DNA of 64,000 bases from the human T2T-CHM13v2.0 reference genome, Homo sapiens (GCF_009914755.1 NC_060935.1); one strand, 5' to 3'. Positions 1 through 13,319 are shown, numbered from the stretch's first letter. The notes: generated by a model not told the origin, from the sequence alone. Made by a program: numbers and translations.

Positions 1-49
1 ACGATTTTCACTTTTGTGATCATGATTATCTGGTTTTTAATTTGTTTCC

Positions 50-250
50 ATAGTAGAGATGTTACCAAACAGTCAGGCTACTTTGGTTCAAATTCTACTT
101 CTCCCTGACCTTGGAAAATAATCTAGCCTCTTCAAAGTGCAGTTTTTTTATCTTTAAAATGAGTATAATAGTACCACATAGCTCTGAGAATTGTGAAAAT
201 TACATGAATTAGTTCATGTAAAATAAGCAGGGCATTTTAATACTTATTTA
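50..250 (+). mobile_element. MIR SINE (degenerate)
   Basis: ggttcaaattc...tgaccttggaaa...cagttttttt atctttaaaatgagtataatagtacc...ttgtgaaaattacatga follows the MIR core order. Boundaries are approximate. Confidence 0.7.
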
Positions 251-559
251 CCATTTCTTTATGGTATTATGGAAAAATCACTGAGCACCACCTAATAAGA
301 AGTTGGTATAATTTCCACTTTTAAGACTCTTCACTGCATAAATCAGTAAACTTACCAGCATCTAAGATTTTATTTTTAATATTGAAAATATCTACGAAAG
401 AGGTTATGCACAAAGATTAAACTGTATGATGAATGTGAATTAGCATCCTTATTGGCCCATTGTAGTGGTCCAGTGAATAAACATATAATGTTTGAACAAT
501 GAATTTAAACATGTAGTAAGTTCATGTTTTAAAAAGTATAGTCAAATTTATGGGGAACT

Positions 560-1240
560 ATAAGACAAACACACTTAAAAAGCAAATGGCAAAGTGGAGA
601 TAAGTTTTGCTATAAATATAGTAGACAGGTTTATAATTCTTCTTTTACAAAGAGCTCTAAGAAATTAATTGAAAACTCCACTGAGACTGGAATAGAAAAA
701 TGGGCAAAGAAGCCAAGAAGGTCATTCTTTGAAGAGAAAAAATCAAAAGGCAAATAAATATGCAAATATCAACCTCACTATCTAAGAAGAAAAATGATGA
801 ATTTTGGGGGGATTTTTTTTGTCACCTATTACATAGTGCTTTCTATGGTGTGGTGGTTCTATCATATAGTCCAATTAGTATAACCTGATAAGACCTTTCA
901 GCATCATAACCTTTAGAGAGAAAAGGCTGGCAATGTGTGTCCAGATCTTTAAAAATGGCTACAGCTTTGGGCCTGGTAAACCATGCAACTGAAACAACCA
1001 GAGATGCTAAATAATTGTCATGAATAAAGTTGTTCATGCATTCATTTTTAACAGGAAAAAAGAAAACTCAGTATGCCACCAGACAAAATGATTTTAAAAA
1101 TAAAGACTATTTAGTGAAACAAAATGCTTATATAATAATGTTATGTGAAAACAGTAATTTGAGTTCACCTTTGTATGTATATGTGATTGATTATATAACC
1201 AGTTTATTAATGAGCTGGACATCTAGAGGCTCAATCAAAA
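560..1240 (+). mobile_element. Old L1M 3' ORF2 fragment
   Basis: aaagagctctaagaaattaat...agaaaaatgggcaaaga...aaatatcaacctcacta is the typical late-ORF2 L1 pattern. Heavily decayed. Confidence 0.6.
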
Positions 1241-2114
1241 AGAGCTTTACTTTTCCCTGTTACTGTATTCAATCTGCTATGCCAGCTCTCCTTTCCACAT
1301 CAACTGAACAATATTTTTGGCATGTCACATAGCTCTTCAGCAATTCTTATTTTCAGGAATTGGGAAGTCCAGTTCACAACAGCAGAGTTAGGGAAAACAT
1401 TATTATGCCTTCTGCTCCTATGAAATTCATTCAGTAAATTTTCTTCTCTTTTTTTATTACAATAAAATTTTTAACTCTTCTGCATATAGCTTGGACGTGT
1501 GTGATGGATAGGTTAGCTAGGGATCCTGGAATGATTTTGGATACCTCTCAGCAAGCTTGGAGGTGATACATAAAGCACTTCTCAGAACATGTGGGGTTTT
1601 GTCACCTATTGTCCTGAGCTGTGGTGATGAATCCAGCTCCTCTCTTTAGAAGAGTGGGGCACTTCTCACCTGTGGTACTTACCTTTGAGACATTTGTTAA
1701 AAAAATCTAAGATGAGAAATGCCTTCTTATATTCTTTTAATTTTGGAGTTGCAGATGATTTCTGTTGTCTTCTTGATATTGTACCTTATGAGTTTTCTAC
1801 AGTCATTCAGTTTTATATTCATAATTATGAGAACAAAGCAAGAAATACTGAGTAATTCCATTCTTCTAGTACCAATGTGTATTATTCACATCCCATAAAG
1901 TACATTATAATCTGCTTTAGGTAATGATCATTTGTACTTTCTATACGAATCATAGGTACTGAATAAAATCACCGTTTAGAGAAAGGTCAAGAGAGGTAGA
2001 TAAAAATCAATATTGATCACAGAAAGAAAGAAGGAAGAAAAATTAGACTAAGACGGGATTTTATTTACCCAAATAGTAAAGTGATATAACTATACTTTTA
2101 TTGCTACTGCTGTT

Positions 2115-2280
2115 TCTTTTTTTCTTTATTTCAACTTTTAAAATAATGTGCAGATTTGGATATGGATATATTGCATGATACTGAGATTCAGGGTATGACT
2201 GATTCCGTCACCCAGGTAATGAGCATAGTATCCAACAGGTCTTTTTTCAGCTCTTCCTTTCTTCCATCCCCACTCCAAAC
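2115..2280 (-). mobile_element. L1 3' UTR end (L1PB/old L1PA-like)
   Basis: T-rich tail, then tttatttcaacttt...tatattgcatgatactgag...gtcacccaggtaatgagcatagta, the reverse complement of an L1 3' end. Confidence 0.7.
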
Positions 2281-2444
2281 TACTATTTTGCTTAGTAACA
2301 CTGCACTACTGCTTCTCCCTGTGGGATAAACACTACTATGCTAAACGTGATATATGAAGTTTGCTAATTTTGTCCCATGATCACTCTAAAAAAAGAATTG
2401 GCCATTTTCGGTTGAGGCTTAGAGAAGTGGTATATTTTCACTCA

Positions 2445-2666
<222 letters not shown>

Positions 2667-3728
2667 TCATGCCCTTTCTACTGCACAGACTACAGAAAAT
2701 TTTCATAAAGAGAACTGTGGAACATGGTGTTGTCCTTACATTCAAAATTCCCCTTTTCGCCAAGGTAAAAAAATCATTAGGCATGTGAGGGCATTGTGTA
2801 CATGAGAAAACGCTGTACTTTCTACTAAAGTTTGCTATGAACTTAACACTGCTTTAAAAAAAATAAAGTTTGGTCTTAAAGAAATAAACACCATGGATAG
2901 TTGGCCCTGAACAATCAAGATACATTAGATTATTGGTATCTGGGATTTTTGAATAATGAAGATGACTAATGTAAATAGGGATATATTATATATATAAAAT
3001 CAGACACAATGGAGCATAACATGTTCCCATGCAGGATTTATTTTGTTTTGTAAAGGGCGATTTAATTATTACAGCTTGCAAAGTCCGCCTTTTATTGAGA
3101 TTAACAAGGTAGAATTCTGTAGCCACATGCTGAATCCCACGGCTGGCTCAGATCTAACAAGAACCAGTTGCTTCATTCAATTTCTTTCTTCCTCCAAAAT
3201 GCAATTAACAGACTATGATTAGTTGAACAAATTCCAAATCGTATTTAAATGAAAGCAATTTACCTAGAGTCTGTGTCCAATAGGTGATCATTTTCAAATC
3301 TCCTGGAAGAATTGGATGGTTTCATCTAATTGTTCTCAGGAAGAAATGGATTTAAATGCTTGGTTCCAATAGGCCCCACCATGCGCAGCCCATATGGTGG
3401 TTCAGAGTTCCTCTTTCAGCTTCTCTTGCCCAAAGGGCAGCCTGGGTAATTACATCTTGCTTCCAAAATATTTTTATGATGGACTAAAATGTTTCAATCT
3501 AGCACAAAATAGTAGCTAAAACTTCCTAACTACTAGGCAAAGAAAGTTGCAAGGGTATATATATGGGCAAGTGGGATGGGTAGTATTTGTAAGGTTAAAT
3601 TGTAATTCAGAGGAGGGGGAGGTGAGAGTAGAATTGCAAAGCACTAATAATAAAGGTTGTTTGTGTGCTAGATGTAAAACACTGAAAGAAAGTTCACTTA
3701 CTTTTTTTGTTGTGAGGCTTAAATGAAC

Positions 3729-3900
3729 CATTTAAGCCTCACAATAAAATGTGAGGAGTGCATTATTTTTTTCATTATTCCGAGGAAGAAACTGAAACTT
3801 AGGAAGTATTAATTAAATTCCCATAAATCACATGTGGTTTGAACATGAAGAATCTGGGGATTCAAAACAAAGTACAAATATTTGACACTGTAGGCCTCTT
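3729..3900 (-). mobile_element. MIR SINE
   Basis: catttaagcctcacaa...gaggaagaaactgaaactta...aaatcaca matches the reverse-strand MIR core. Confidence 0.7.
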
Positions 3901-4774
3901 TCTTTCTTCTCCAGCAGGTTGCCTTTATATTTTAAGAACCACAGATATTTGGCTGAAACATTTTTTCAGTTCACCTAAGAAAACGTCTAATTAAATATAT
4001 TTATAATATAGCATTTCACAAATATATCCAAATTATTAGAGATAATGCTCACTATGACGTATAATATGGAAATATAACTCTAACATTAAAATTACAGCTT
4101 ATCTTGAAGAACTGATCTGAAATTTACTCACATTAAAAAAAAAAACTTCCAGTATTTATATTCTTACGGGGAGGGAATTTTGACAATGGGGTGCTATAGA
4201 AATTGACCTAGACCTAAAAACCACACCCAGTTACACTACTTAGTGACCACGAAGGCATAGATATTTATACCATTTTTCTAGGTTTGTAACAAAAGATTTT
4301 TAAGAAGATATCCTCAGCATGTAATACCTATGGTGACAAACTATTATTTTATAACTTCTAAGAAATAAAATAGGCATGTAACAACAGCATGGGGAATCAA
4401 AGAAAATAAATATGTGAATGACTCTTCTGGGATCCCATTGTAGTTTGGCTTGTAGCTTACAGTGCATTATCCTTATCTCTTGGTGTATCGCTACCATTGT
4501 ACCCTGTGATTCTCAAAGGGCCAGGTCCTATCTTATTGCAGTTGTCAACACCTGCAATAAGAAGCATAAAGTAGCTTCTCAATAAATGTTTACAGCTATA
4601 ATCAACACATTGAAGGGATCTCATATCTAGAACCTACATACCAGCTCTCCCTGAGGTTCTATTCTTTCACATCAGTGCCATCTGTATTTTTCTCCTTCAT
4701 CAACATGGTTTGAGAACAGAGCACCTGTTTATTTCTCCTAGAAAAAAACTCACTACCAATAAAGTGTGTGTGAG

Positions 4775-4957
4775 TGTCAGAGATTGAATTGTGTTCCCTA
4801 AAATCCATATGTTGAATTCCTAACCCCCTTATCGCAGTGTAACCTTATTTGGAAATAAGGTCATTCAGATTAAACTAGTTATGATGAGGTTGTATTGTTA
4901 TATGAGGGGCTCTCATTAGACAAAATGAATAGTGTCTTTATAAAAAAGAGGTAATTT

Positions 4958-5003
<46 letters not shown>

Positions 5004-5233
5004 ACACAGAGAATGCCATGTGAAGACTAAAACTGTGCTCCCACAAGCCCAGGAACTAGCAGAAGCCAGGAGAGAGGCCTGGAACAGAACCTGCCCCAGC
5101 ATCACCAGAGAAAGCATGGCCCTGCCAACACCTTGATTTCAGACTCCTAACTTACACAACTGTGAGACAGGAAATGTCTGTTGCTCATCCAGCTTGTGAT
5201 GCTTTGTTTCAGTGGCCTTAGCAAACTACCACA
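4775..5233 (+). mobile_element. MaLR solo LTR (MLT1B/C-like) with internal (CA)n
   Basis: TG...CA ends with perfect 5-bp TSD GTGAG (4770-4774 and 5234-5238). Contains MLT1 motifs gaattgtgttccct, ccttatttggaaataagg and gccaacaccttgatttcagac. Confidence 0.9.
4961..5008. repeat. (CA)19 TA (CA)4 microsatellite
   Basis: Direct reading. Confidence 0.97.
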
Positions 5234-5762
5234 GTGAGTCATAAATACTGTGCATTATCCTACTTCCCCTGTTCAAGCAAACCCCTTAAATGAAAATTGA
5301 TACATTTTCTCCCAAGTTCTTTCTTGGCATCACCAGAGATTTTTGTTCTCTTTGTTTCTTCCCCCAAATAGAGATTATCCCCTTCCTCACCCCACAATGT
5401 CAAATTTTTATACTATGGTTATACAGACCAATTCATTTCTCCTCCCCAACCCCATTCTACTCCAAGTAATAGCAAAGTACTTTGCATTTACTTATGTTTT
5501 TCCATTCATTTTTATAAATTCTTATGCTATAGGTATTATCATAGTCAGTGGACAGTTAAGAAAAATGAGACTCCAAATGTTAAGTGACTTGAGAACATAC
5601 AGCAAGTAAATGGGACAGCCAGGGCTCCAAATGAGCTCGACGCTTTCATAGACAAAAGCACATAGCGTTTATTTGCTTAAGTCCGCACACATAGGTAGTT
5701 TGACTGACATTGTCAGTTTAGTTTAAAAATTGTTCATATTAAAAAGGAAAATTAACTGAACT

Positions 5763-6311
5763 TGTCAGAGGCATCCTAACCAGAGTGACTTCATCTTGAA
5801 TAAAGGGTGGATAAGGCCAAATCTGCTAGATTGTATTCCCAGGGGGTTGGGAATCCTTGGTCACAATATATTTATGGTTGAGGGAATGAGTTAATGATGT
5901 TAACCAGCTAAATAAAGACCCAGTGCTTATGTAAATATTCTGATATCTTGAAAACAAAAAAATTCTTTAAGAATTGGTTTCACTTTAAAAATTATGCATA
6001 CATTCTTGCTGAAATCAATAGTTACACAAGAGAACAACAATACTAATAGCCTGTCACAAGCAGATAACAAGCCTTTGTAAGTAAGCATGTAAGGCCATTA
6101 TTCTTAGCTCCATTATCCTATATAAGCAAGCACTGTATTCGAGGTGGTGCATTCCTCGCCTTGCTTTCTGAGGATGCCTGACTCTAATAGAGTAGTCTCT
6201 TACAAGCTAACTTAACTTCTCTATACTCTGCGACTCACTCTGAATTCTTTCCTGCATGAGTTCCAAGGACACAATCTTGGGGTCTGGGACAAGACTCCTT
6301 TTCCAATAACA
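5763..6311 (+). mobile_element. ERV1 solo LTR, MER41 family
   Basis: Starts tgtcagaggcat...aaccagagtgacttcatcttgaata and ends ggggtctggga...tttccaataaca. 4-bp TSD aact/aatt with one mismatch. Confidence 0.85.
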
Positions 6312-6336
6312 AATTGAAGACCCATTTGCCTGATGG

Positions 6337-7113
6337 TGATATGAGAGGAGACAGGAAAATACTGGGTAGAAGAGGGCGGTTCCCCAGCAAAGGCCCCACC
6401 CTCAATCCTGGAAACCATGGCCCTAAATAAGAACAGTTATCCCTGTTTTCCCACCCAAGGGTTATCTTTTTGGCCCATCCTGCCCCTACTATGCTGTGCC
6501 CATATAAATCCCAGACCTCAGCTGGCAAAGAGACAAGTGGCTGAATGTTCAGAGGAGAAGCAGCAATTGAGTGTGGGAGACTATGAATAGATGTGGCTTA
6601 ACTTCAGACAGCATGACTTCAGGGAGCAGCCCGGTGGGAGATGGCCAGGCTTCAGGGAAAGATCACTTTCTTCCTGTTCCATTTCCTTTTACAGCTCCCT
6701 TTCTTCCACCACTTAATAAAATCTTCCGTATCCATCACCTTTCAAACCATGCATGTGACCTGATTCTTCCTGGTTGCCGGACAAGAGTTCAGATTGCACT
6801 GGGTGCGAGAACCCAAAAAGCCTGTCACACTGACTCTTCACTGAGCAGTTTAACACTGAAGCCATGTATGGCAAAGCTAAAAGAGCATTAATTGTAACAC
6901 ACCCCTAGATGCTGCTGTGGGGCCAGAGCCCGAAAGCGATTGCCCTGGCCCTAGCACCTGCTTACCTGCATCATCCCTCCCATGAAAGGTTGAGCCCAGT
7001 GGGTTCAAGTGAGTGAAGTTCATCCATGCCTGCACCAAAGTGGCCAGCTGGACCCAGGGCTGGTGCACTCCAGTTCCCGCCTGCAAAAGGATCAAGGGAA
7101 CTATCCCATGTCA
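6337..7113 (+). mobile_element. ERV1 solo LTR, LTR1 family (HUERS-P2)
   Basis: Starts tgatatg...aaatactgggtagaagagggcggttcccc...aaaggccccaccctcaa and ends tcaagggaactatcccatgtca. Perfect TSD ATGG (6333-6336 / 7114-7117). AATAAA near 6715. Confidence 0.88.
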
Positions 7114-8481
7114 ATGGCTCCATGCAATCTAGTCTAACAAACTGAAATGGCAGGGTGTGCAGACAGTCCATGACTTACCTTTATTGAATAAATTGCTTGA
7201 GTGTTTCCCTGTGGAGTCATACCCAGGTTTCCTCTCTATAGACGACTTTGGGTTCTAATATATGTCTGGCAATGATGTACAGATTCTACTGATAGATTCA
7301 CATCAGATAATCAGTTATCTAATTATTTGTATAGAAACCATCAGATAGTCATCGCTCTCCCAACCCACATCCTCCTCAATGTATTACTCTTCACATATCA
7401 AATATCTCTTCCCTTTTCTCCACTCCTACTCTTTGTCATGCCTCATACTTTGTAATTCACACAGACATACCTGATAAAGGCCCATCAAAACTGCTGAAAT
7501 TCATCCTTTGTCTTTCCAGTTCTCATCACTCGTTAGTGACACATACAGATAAGTCTTTGACGATTTTGCTCTTTTTTTAATTCCTCATATTTTACTGTGC
7601 ATAAAGAGATAAGAGACAAAGGCTCATCAAAGCCATCATTAGGCTACATTTATCTGCTTTGAACTGTCTTTGTCTTCTATTAGTTTTTAAATTGGTCCCA
7701 GTCTTTGTGTACCTAGCTGGAATCTCTCATTATATTTGCTCTTTTTTTTTTTTTTTTCATCTGTTACTGAAACAGCAATGCTACTTGGTGATTTTTTTTG
7801 TCTTGCATTTTCAGTGATGAGAGTATCTCTAAGCAATCTTCTAGAAGTTTGAATTCAAAAGAAAAGTTGTTTTTTTTAATTAAAATATTAAATGTGCTGC
7901 CTGTACTTATGTTTATCATCTGTGAAACATTCATTTTTCATACTTATTCTTTTGCAGTTTTTGAGAGTATTGTTATGCAATGATTATTCCCAATGCCAAG
8001 CTATCAACAGGAGTATTTTGAGATAAACAATGTGTTTACAATAGGAACTGTAGTGGTGTCTTTTGTTTTGGAAGATGTTGGCATTTATACTATTATTCTG
8101 CTCAGGAATGAGCCTGTCTTTCTAAGCCTATTGGAGAGTTGCAGTAATTTTCTCAGTGATTGCACACAGAATCGGCCCTCTCCTCAGTGTCATCACCAGC
8201 TGAGGAAAGGTCTTCTAGTTTTTTGGTGACCTTAGCTACTTTATTAATTCATTTTGTCCATTTATTCATTCACTCACTCATATGGCAACCACTAACAATA
8301 CATCTTTAAATGTTGTCTAATAAACAGCGTTTACGACATCCTCTCTATCAAAACATAAAATATCTACGAATTTGTAGAAAAATAAAGTTTACAGTAACAT
8401 GGGAAACTAAAACTGTCAGATAAAATCTAGGAGAGATTTCCTCTAACTTCCAGGCCTGAGTAATTTAGATTAAGAAATATA

Positions 8482-8793
8482 GGCCAGGAGCAGCGGCTCA
8501 TGTTTGTAATCTCAGCACTTTGGGAGGCGAAGGCAGGCGGATCACTTGAGGTCAGGAGTTCGAGACCAGTCTGGCCAACATTGTGAAACCATGTCTCTAC
8601 TAAAATACAGAAATCCCCTGGGAGTGGTGGCGGGTGCCTGTAATCCTAGCTACTTGGGAAGCTGAGGCACAAAAAGCTCTGGAACCTGGGAGATGGAGGT
8701 TGCAGTGAGCCGAGATCTTGTCAGTGCACTGCAGCCTGGGCAACAGAGCAAGACTCTGTCTTAAAAAAGTAAATAAATAAATAATAAAAATAA
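8482..8793 (+). mobile_element. AluS (Sz/Sx-like)
   Basis: Full dimer containing gatcacttgaggtcaggagttcgagacc, with an A-rich tail. Confidence 0.95.
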
Positions 8794-10039
8794 ATGGTAA
8801 CCTACAAAGACTTGCCCTCATGGAACAGAAAGTGGATAGAAAGATATTTGTCTCTTTTATTTTACTTGATATGTGGAGAAAGATGTCCCTAACCTTAAAA
8901 CAAACAAACACAAATTATATTCTTTTGGAAAGATGATCTCAGGAATAATGGATAAAAAGGGGAATGACAATGTGAGGAGATTGGGGAGGTAGTTTGGAGC
9001 AAAATGATGGTATACCGTGTAATTATAAAAGGTACATTTTTAATATTTAGGTCCTTAAAAGATACCCAGGTAGGGGTGGAAGTCAGACTGGTGTTGATAG
9101 AAACACATTCTGGCAATAGGACTCATTTATTTTTAGCTTATTTTTTTCCCTGGAATCTCAGGAAACTTAGCAATAGGAGTGGGAGACAATCTTGCCTCTG
9201 AATAGTATTTACCCTTGAGGAGGGTCTATTTAATCCAGGAAATTGGGCTAGCTGTGAATATCAAGTTACCTCTCAGCTCAGAGAGCTATTCCACCAGCTT
9301 GCAAATGTACATAACGGGCAGAGCCAAATAAAATACTATACCATGTCCTTCTGTTATCAAATGGCAAATCAAAACAAAAAGTTTAATAGCCTGTCATTGT
9401 CTCTTTATGAGTTTTGTAACTGAGTCACAGATTTGTGACAATTCCTCTATTCTAGATATGCTTTTCTAAATGCTGCATTTTGAAAGGCATTATTATTCAA
9501 AATTGGTAATGAGTATCAGCCCTAACTCTGCCTTGTGTGGTCTGTAAGTCTTTGAATATATAAAGAAATAACTCATGGAGGTTTAAGGTACCTCTCAATT
9601 TTCAGATTGATACTCTCTTTCCCTTAATATATGGCATTTAAAAATATACTTCATGTAGGTTTTCTTTTTCTAGTTTTTCAAATAAAAATGCTTAACCAAT
9701 ATAGTGATAAGGGTGCAGGGAGCAGGAGGGGATGATAGTGACTTGAAGTTTCCTTGGACACAATTATAGAAAATTGAGAGTTCTCATTCTAAACTGAGTA
9801 TTTGAGGACAGTTACACCATAGGTCCATGTGCTATTGTACTTTTAGTACATGAGAATTTTTGTGAATACATTCTTTGAGGGACTAGTGTAACTCGTTAGA
9901 GCTTCTTTAAGAGGTAAGTGTGAAACAATGGTTCAATTTTCATATAACAAAGCTCCTTGGTATTCCTTCTTTTGCAAGAAAGTAAACTTAATATGTAAAA
10001 TTAATTTATTTTCATTACAGTCTCTCATTGAATCTGCTA

Positions 10040-10248
10040 GGTGTGGTAGAAAGAACATAAACTTTGCACAGAATGATCTGGATTTGTATCCAGGCAATAT
10101 TAATTATATCTCTGTGATATTGATTAATTCTGTTAACTTCTCTGAGCCTCATCAGTAAAATGAGAATAATGATAGTTTTTTAAAAATTATTAAATACATT
10201 TACCTACATAACGCACCTGGGAATAAATGGAATAAATGCTCAATAAAA
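10040..10248 (+). mobile_element. MIR SINE
   Basis: ttaacttctctgagcctcatcagtaaaatgagaataat...taaatgctcaataaa. Confidence 0.7.
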
Positions 10249-10258
10249 GATTTTTCTT

Positions 10259-10550
10259 GGCCAGGCACTGTGGCCCACGCCTGTAATCCCAGCACTTTGG
10301 GAGGCGAGGCGGGCAGATCACGAAGTCAAGAGATCAAGACCATCCTGGCCAACATGGTGAGACCCTGTCTCTACTAAAAATACAAAAATTAGCTGAGTAT
10401 GGTGGCATGCACCTGTAGTCCCGGCTACTTGGGAAGCAGAGGCAGAAGAATCACTTCAACCTGGGAGGCAGAGGTTGCAGTGAGTTGAGATCGCACCACT
10501 GCACTCCAGCCTGGCAACAGAGTGAGACTCCATCCAAAAAAAAAAAGAAA
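10259..10550 (+). mobile_element. AluSc
   Basis: Sc-diagnostic gatcacgaagtcaagagatcaagaccatcctggccaac and cagcctggcaacag, with a poly-A tail. Confidence 0.92.
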
Positions 10551-10574
10551 GTCTTATTCTATTGCTTATCTCTT

Positions 10575-10745
10575 GTGTGTCTGTATATATATATATATAA
10601 TATATATATACATACCTTGTGTGTGTGTGTGTATGTATATATATGTGTGTGTGTATATATATATGTGTGTATATATATGTATGTGCATGTGTTTATACAT
10701 ATATGTATACGTGTGTATGTGTGTATACACACACGCTCACACATG
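10575..10745. repeat. Compound (TA)/(TG)/(CA) microsatellite
   Basis: About 170 bp of alternating purine-pyrimidine sequence. It is the source of four spurious ORFs in the track. Confidence 0.95.
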
Positions 10746-10949
10746 CACAGAAATATCCCAATTTCCAGCTCAAAGGCTTATGGGGACAAGTTGATTACCA
10801 TCTTAAAAATATTTTGCAAGGGTTCTCACTTTTCTCCGTTTTTGTTCTATGGGCTTTGGAAAAGTAGTGTAACAGATGATTAGTCTTCACAAAATTAAAG
10901 TTTTACTTTATAGACTCATTTTCTGGAGACGGTGATTTGATTGATATTA

Positions 10950-11430
10950 GCTGGTAGTATTATGGCATTCATATCACTGATTCATTTTATTGTAAATTTA
11001 CTTGGGCTCCTTGACAGACTACAATTTCAGCTTCCTTTGCAATTAGATGTTTTCATACCACTAAATTCTCACCAATGAAATGCAATTCTCACCAATGAGA
11101 TGTTTTCATACCACTAAATTCTCACCAATGAAATGCAAGGCCCCTCTCAATCCTGGTCCATAGAAGTTTCTCTTCTATAATCCTCTCTGCTCTTTTCCCA
11201 TTTCTGCTGGCTGCAATGAGACCTCTAGGGAAATCTTGCAAATTACAAAGACAAGATGACATCTTCAACTTACAAATTGAAAATGCCCAAGGTCCTAGGA
11301 GTCTGGGTCACTGAACACTGCTGGGAGGAGAATGGCCCAACTAAGAATACCCACTACTTGAACAAGAGACAGACATTCCTTGTATTAAGCTCGCATTGCA
11401 AATACAAATATTTAGTACAGTACTTAGCAT
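10950..11430 (+). mobile_element. Old MaLR LTR remnant (MLT1J/K-like)
   Basis: ggagtctgggtcactgaac...ggaggagaatggcc...gaacaagagacagacattccttgtattaagc resembles an MLT1J-type 3' half. Boundaries uncertain. Confidence 0.5.
11045..11138. repeat. Perfect 41-bp direct duplication with 12-bp templated spacer
   Basis: agatgttttcataccactaaattctcaccaatgaaatgcaa at 11045-11085 and 11098-11138, with spacer ttctcaccaatg. Confidence 0.95.
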
Positions 11431-12454
11431 GGTAATGATTCCATAGTTGTTCTCCTTTTCCATAGGCCAAAGTATTGTTTCAACACATGGTCTAAAACCT
11501 AGAAAGACTCTGAAAACAATCCTTGAAACTGCCAATTTGTAATTATATCTCTCTGCTTCTTTCCATGTGCATCTCTTCCTATCACCCTGGTAACCCCAGA
11601 GCAGCTTACAGATAGATAGCTGTATTCATTGTTCTATCTCTACTGCTTTGCACTAGATGCATAATATATGTTTCTTGAATGAAGGACAGGAAACTACTAG
11701 GCAGGCCAGATTGAAGCCAGACAAGAAAGTACATTTCAGGCAGGGCAGACCAGGACACATAAAACCTAGTGGTTACAATCTGAGATTCTTTTAGTCAGAG
11801 CTCAAATTTTGTTAGTAGAGTCCCCAGTCAACCCTTACTAACCGAGGTTACTTAACCTCGCTGAATTTAATTTTCCCAGATGTAAACTGAGCAAAATAAT
11901 AATACTCATAGAATTAGCTATTGCTATTGTATTTTTATTGTTATTATCATGAGGAAGGGAATTCATGGCTTTATGAAGCAACTAGAAAAGGTATGTGTAC
12001 TCTTCAAAAGTTCCTGGGATGATAAGAATCTGTCTCTCATGGTCTCCCAGGGAATTTCATTTGCTTGAAAATATAAGGTTCTACTGAAATCAAGTAGGGT
12101 GTTACTAAACAATTACTCACCCATGGACCCAAATAGCTCTTGCTAATGTCACAGTGACTCTTATGCATTTAGGAAACAGCTTTGCTTTTGAAATTTTAAA
12201 CTAATCAGACTCATGCCTGGAACTTAAGAGAGCAACAATCAATTAAAAAAAAAAAAACAAAAAACAAAAAACAAAAAAAAAGCAAGCGGAGTAAGTGAGA
12301 GGTTTTTCACTGAACCAGAAATGCAGAATAATAATGCAGAATAATAAAATGGGTATATGTGATATAATCACTGCTTGCTGCTGAATTAACATTGGCAATG
12401 CTAGCATAATTTGACATCTAAATAAAGATATTGAATTTGGAAAAGAATGTGATG

Positions 12455-12494
12455 TTTCAAAAGAGTGAACTATATTTCAAAAGAGTGAACTATA
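12455..12494. repeat. 20-bp tandem duplication
   Basis: tttcaaaagagtgaactata twice, exact. Confidence 0.95.
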
Positions 12495-13319
12495 TGATTA
12501 GGCAGTGTAAGAGTTGTTTAAATATCAACCTTACAAATCATTTAGAAAGCATTTAACACACAAAACAGTAGGAGATTGAAAAAAACAAAATGCTTAGATA
12601 AAGACAAATTAGGCTATTTTAAAAGAGTATAAATCCTCAGGGATAATGGAAAAGACAATTCTGTAGATATTACCTCTGCTTATTACTTTCTTTCATTTCT
12701 TTTTTCTTTAAAAAAAACAAAAACAAGAAAAATAAAGCTACTTAGTTTCATGGCTCTTACAGTTACAATTTCCACTCATTGTGTAGCCTTCTCTCCTTTC
12801 TACAAAGTGGAAAAATGTTCAGGACAAAAAAAAAAAAAATGATAGATGTCTGATTAAGGAAAATTCTGTCCTACCGGTAGAGGAGATAATGGCATTTCAA
12901 GATGGCTGAATGTCAGAACCGGAAGAGACCTTTAGGCCAAACGCAGGTGCTTTCACCAGCTCTACCACATACAAATCATAGATTACTTAACCTGAGTTTC
13001 CTTATTGCTGCCTTAGTTTCCTCGTCCATAAAAGTCAGATAATAATATATAACAGATTTGGTATGTAGAAGTATTTATAAGTATTCTTGCTTTTTCACTC
13101 TGAAAGGCATTCCTCGACCTTGCCCAAGGTCAAGCAGCAAATCAGTTGCAGAGGGAAGATTAAAACCCCAGTATTTCAAAGGCAACATGAGTGCTCTTTT
13201 CTCTTCACCAAGTTGCCTTTCTGTGCCACTATTTGTCAACTGGATCTCAAACTTTTTCTGGTTATTTCTCAGATGTGCTGTTGAACATTGACAGATACCC
13301 CTAATATGTCCTAATCTCT

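Noticed and set aside
1677-1720. Possible 24-nt minus-strand microexon (1683-1706) with perfect AAG|GTAAGT donor
   Set aside because: The pyrimidine tract is short and the exon is mostly a T run. Such donors are expected by chance in 64 kb (another lies at about 7179).
5763-6311. MER41 as an interferon-gamma/STAT1 enhancer
   Set aside because: I found no TTCN3GAA GAS site in this copy. The TTC...GAA pairs seen have 5-nt spacers.
11045-12494. Short direct repeats as a CRISPR-like array
   Set aside because: There are only two or three copies, no unique regularly sized spacers, no cas genes, and the context is eukaryotic.
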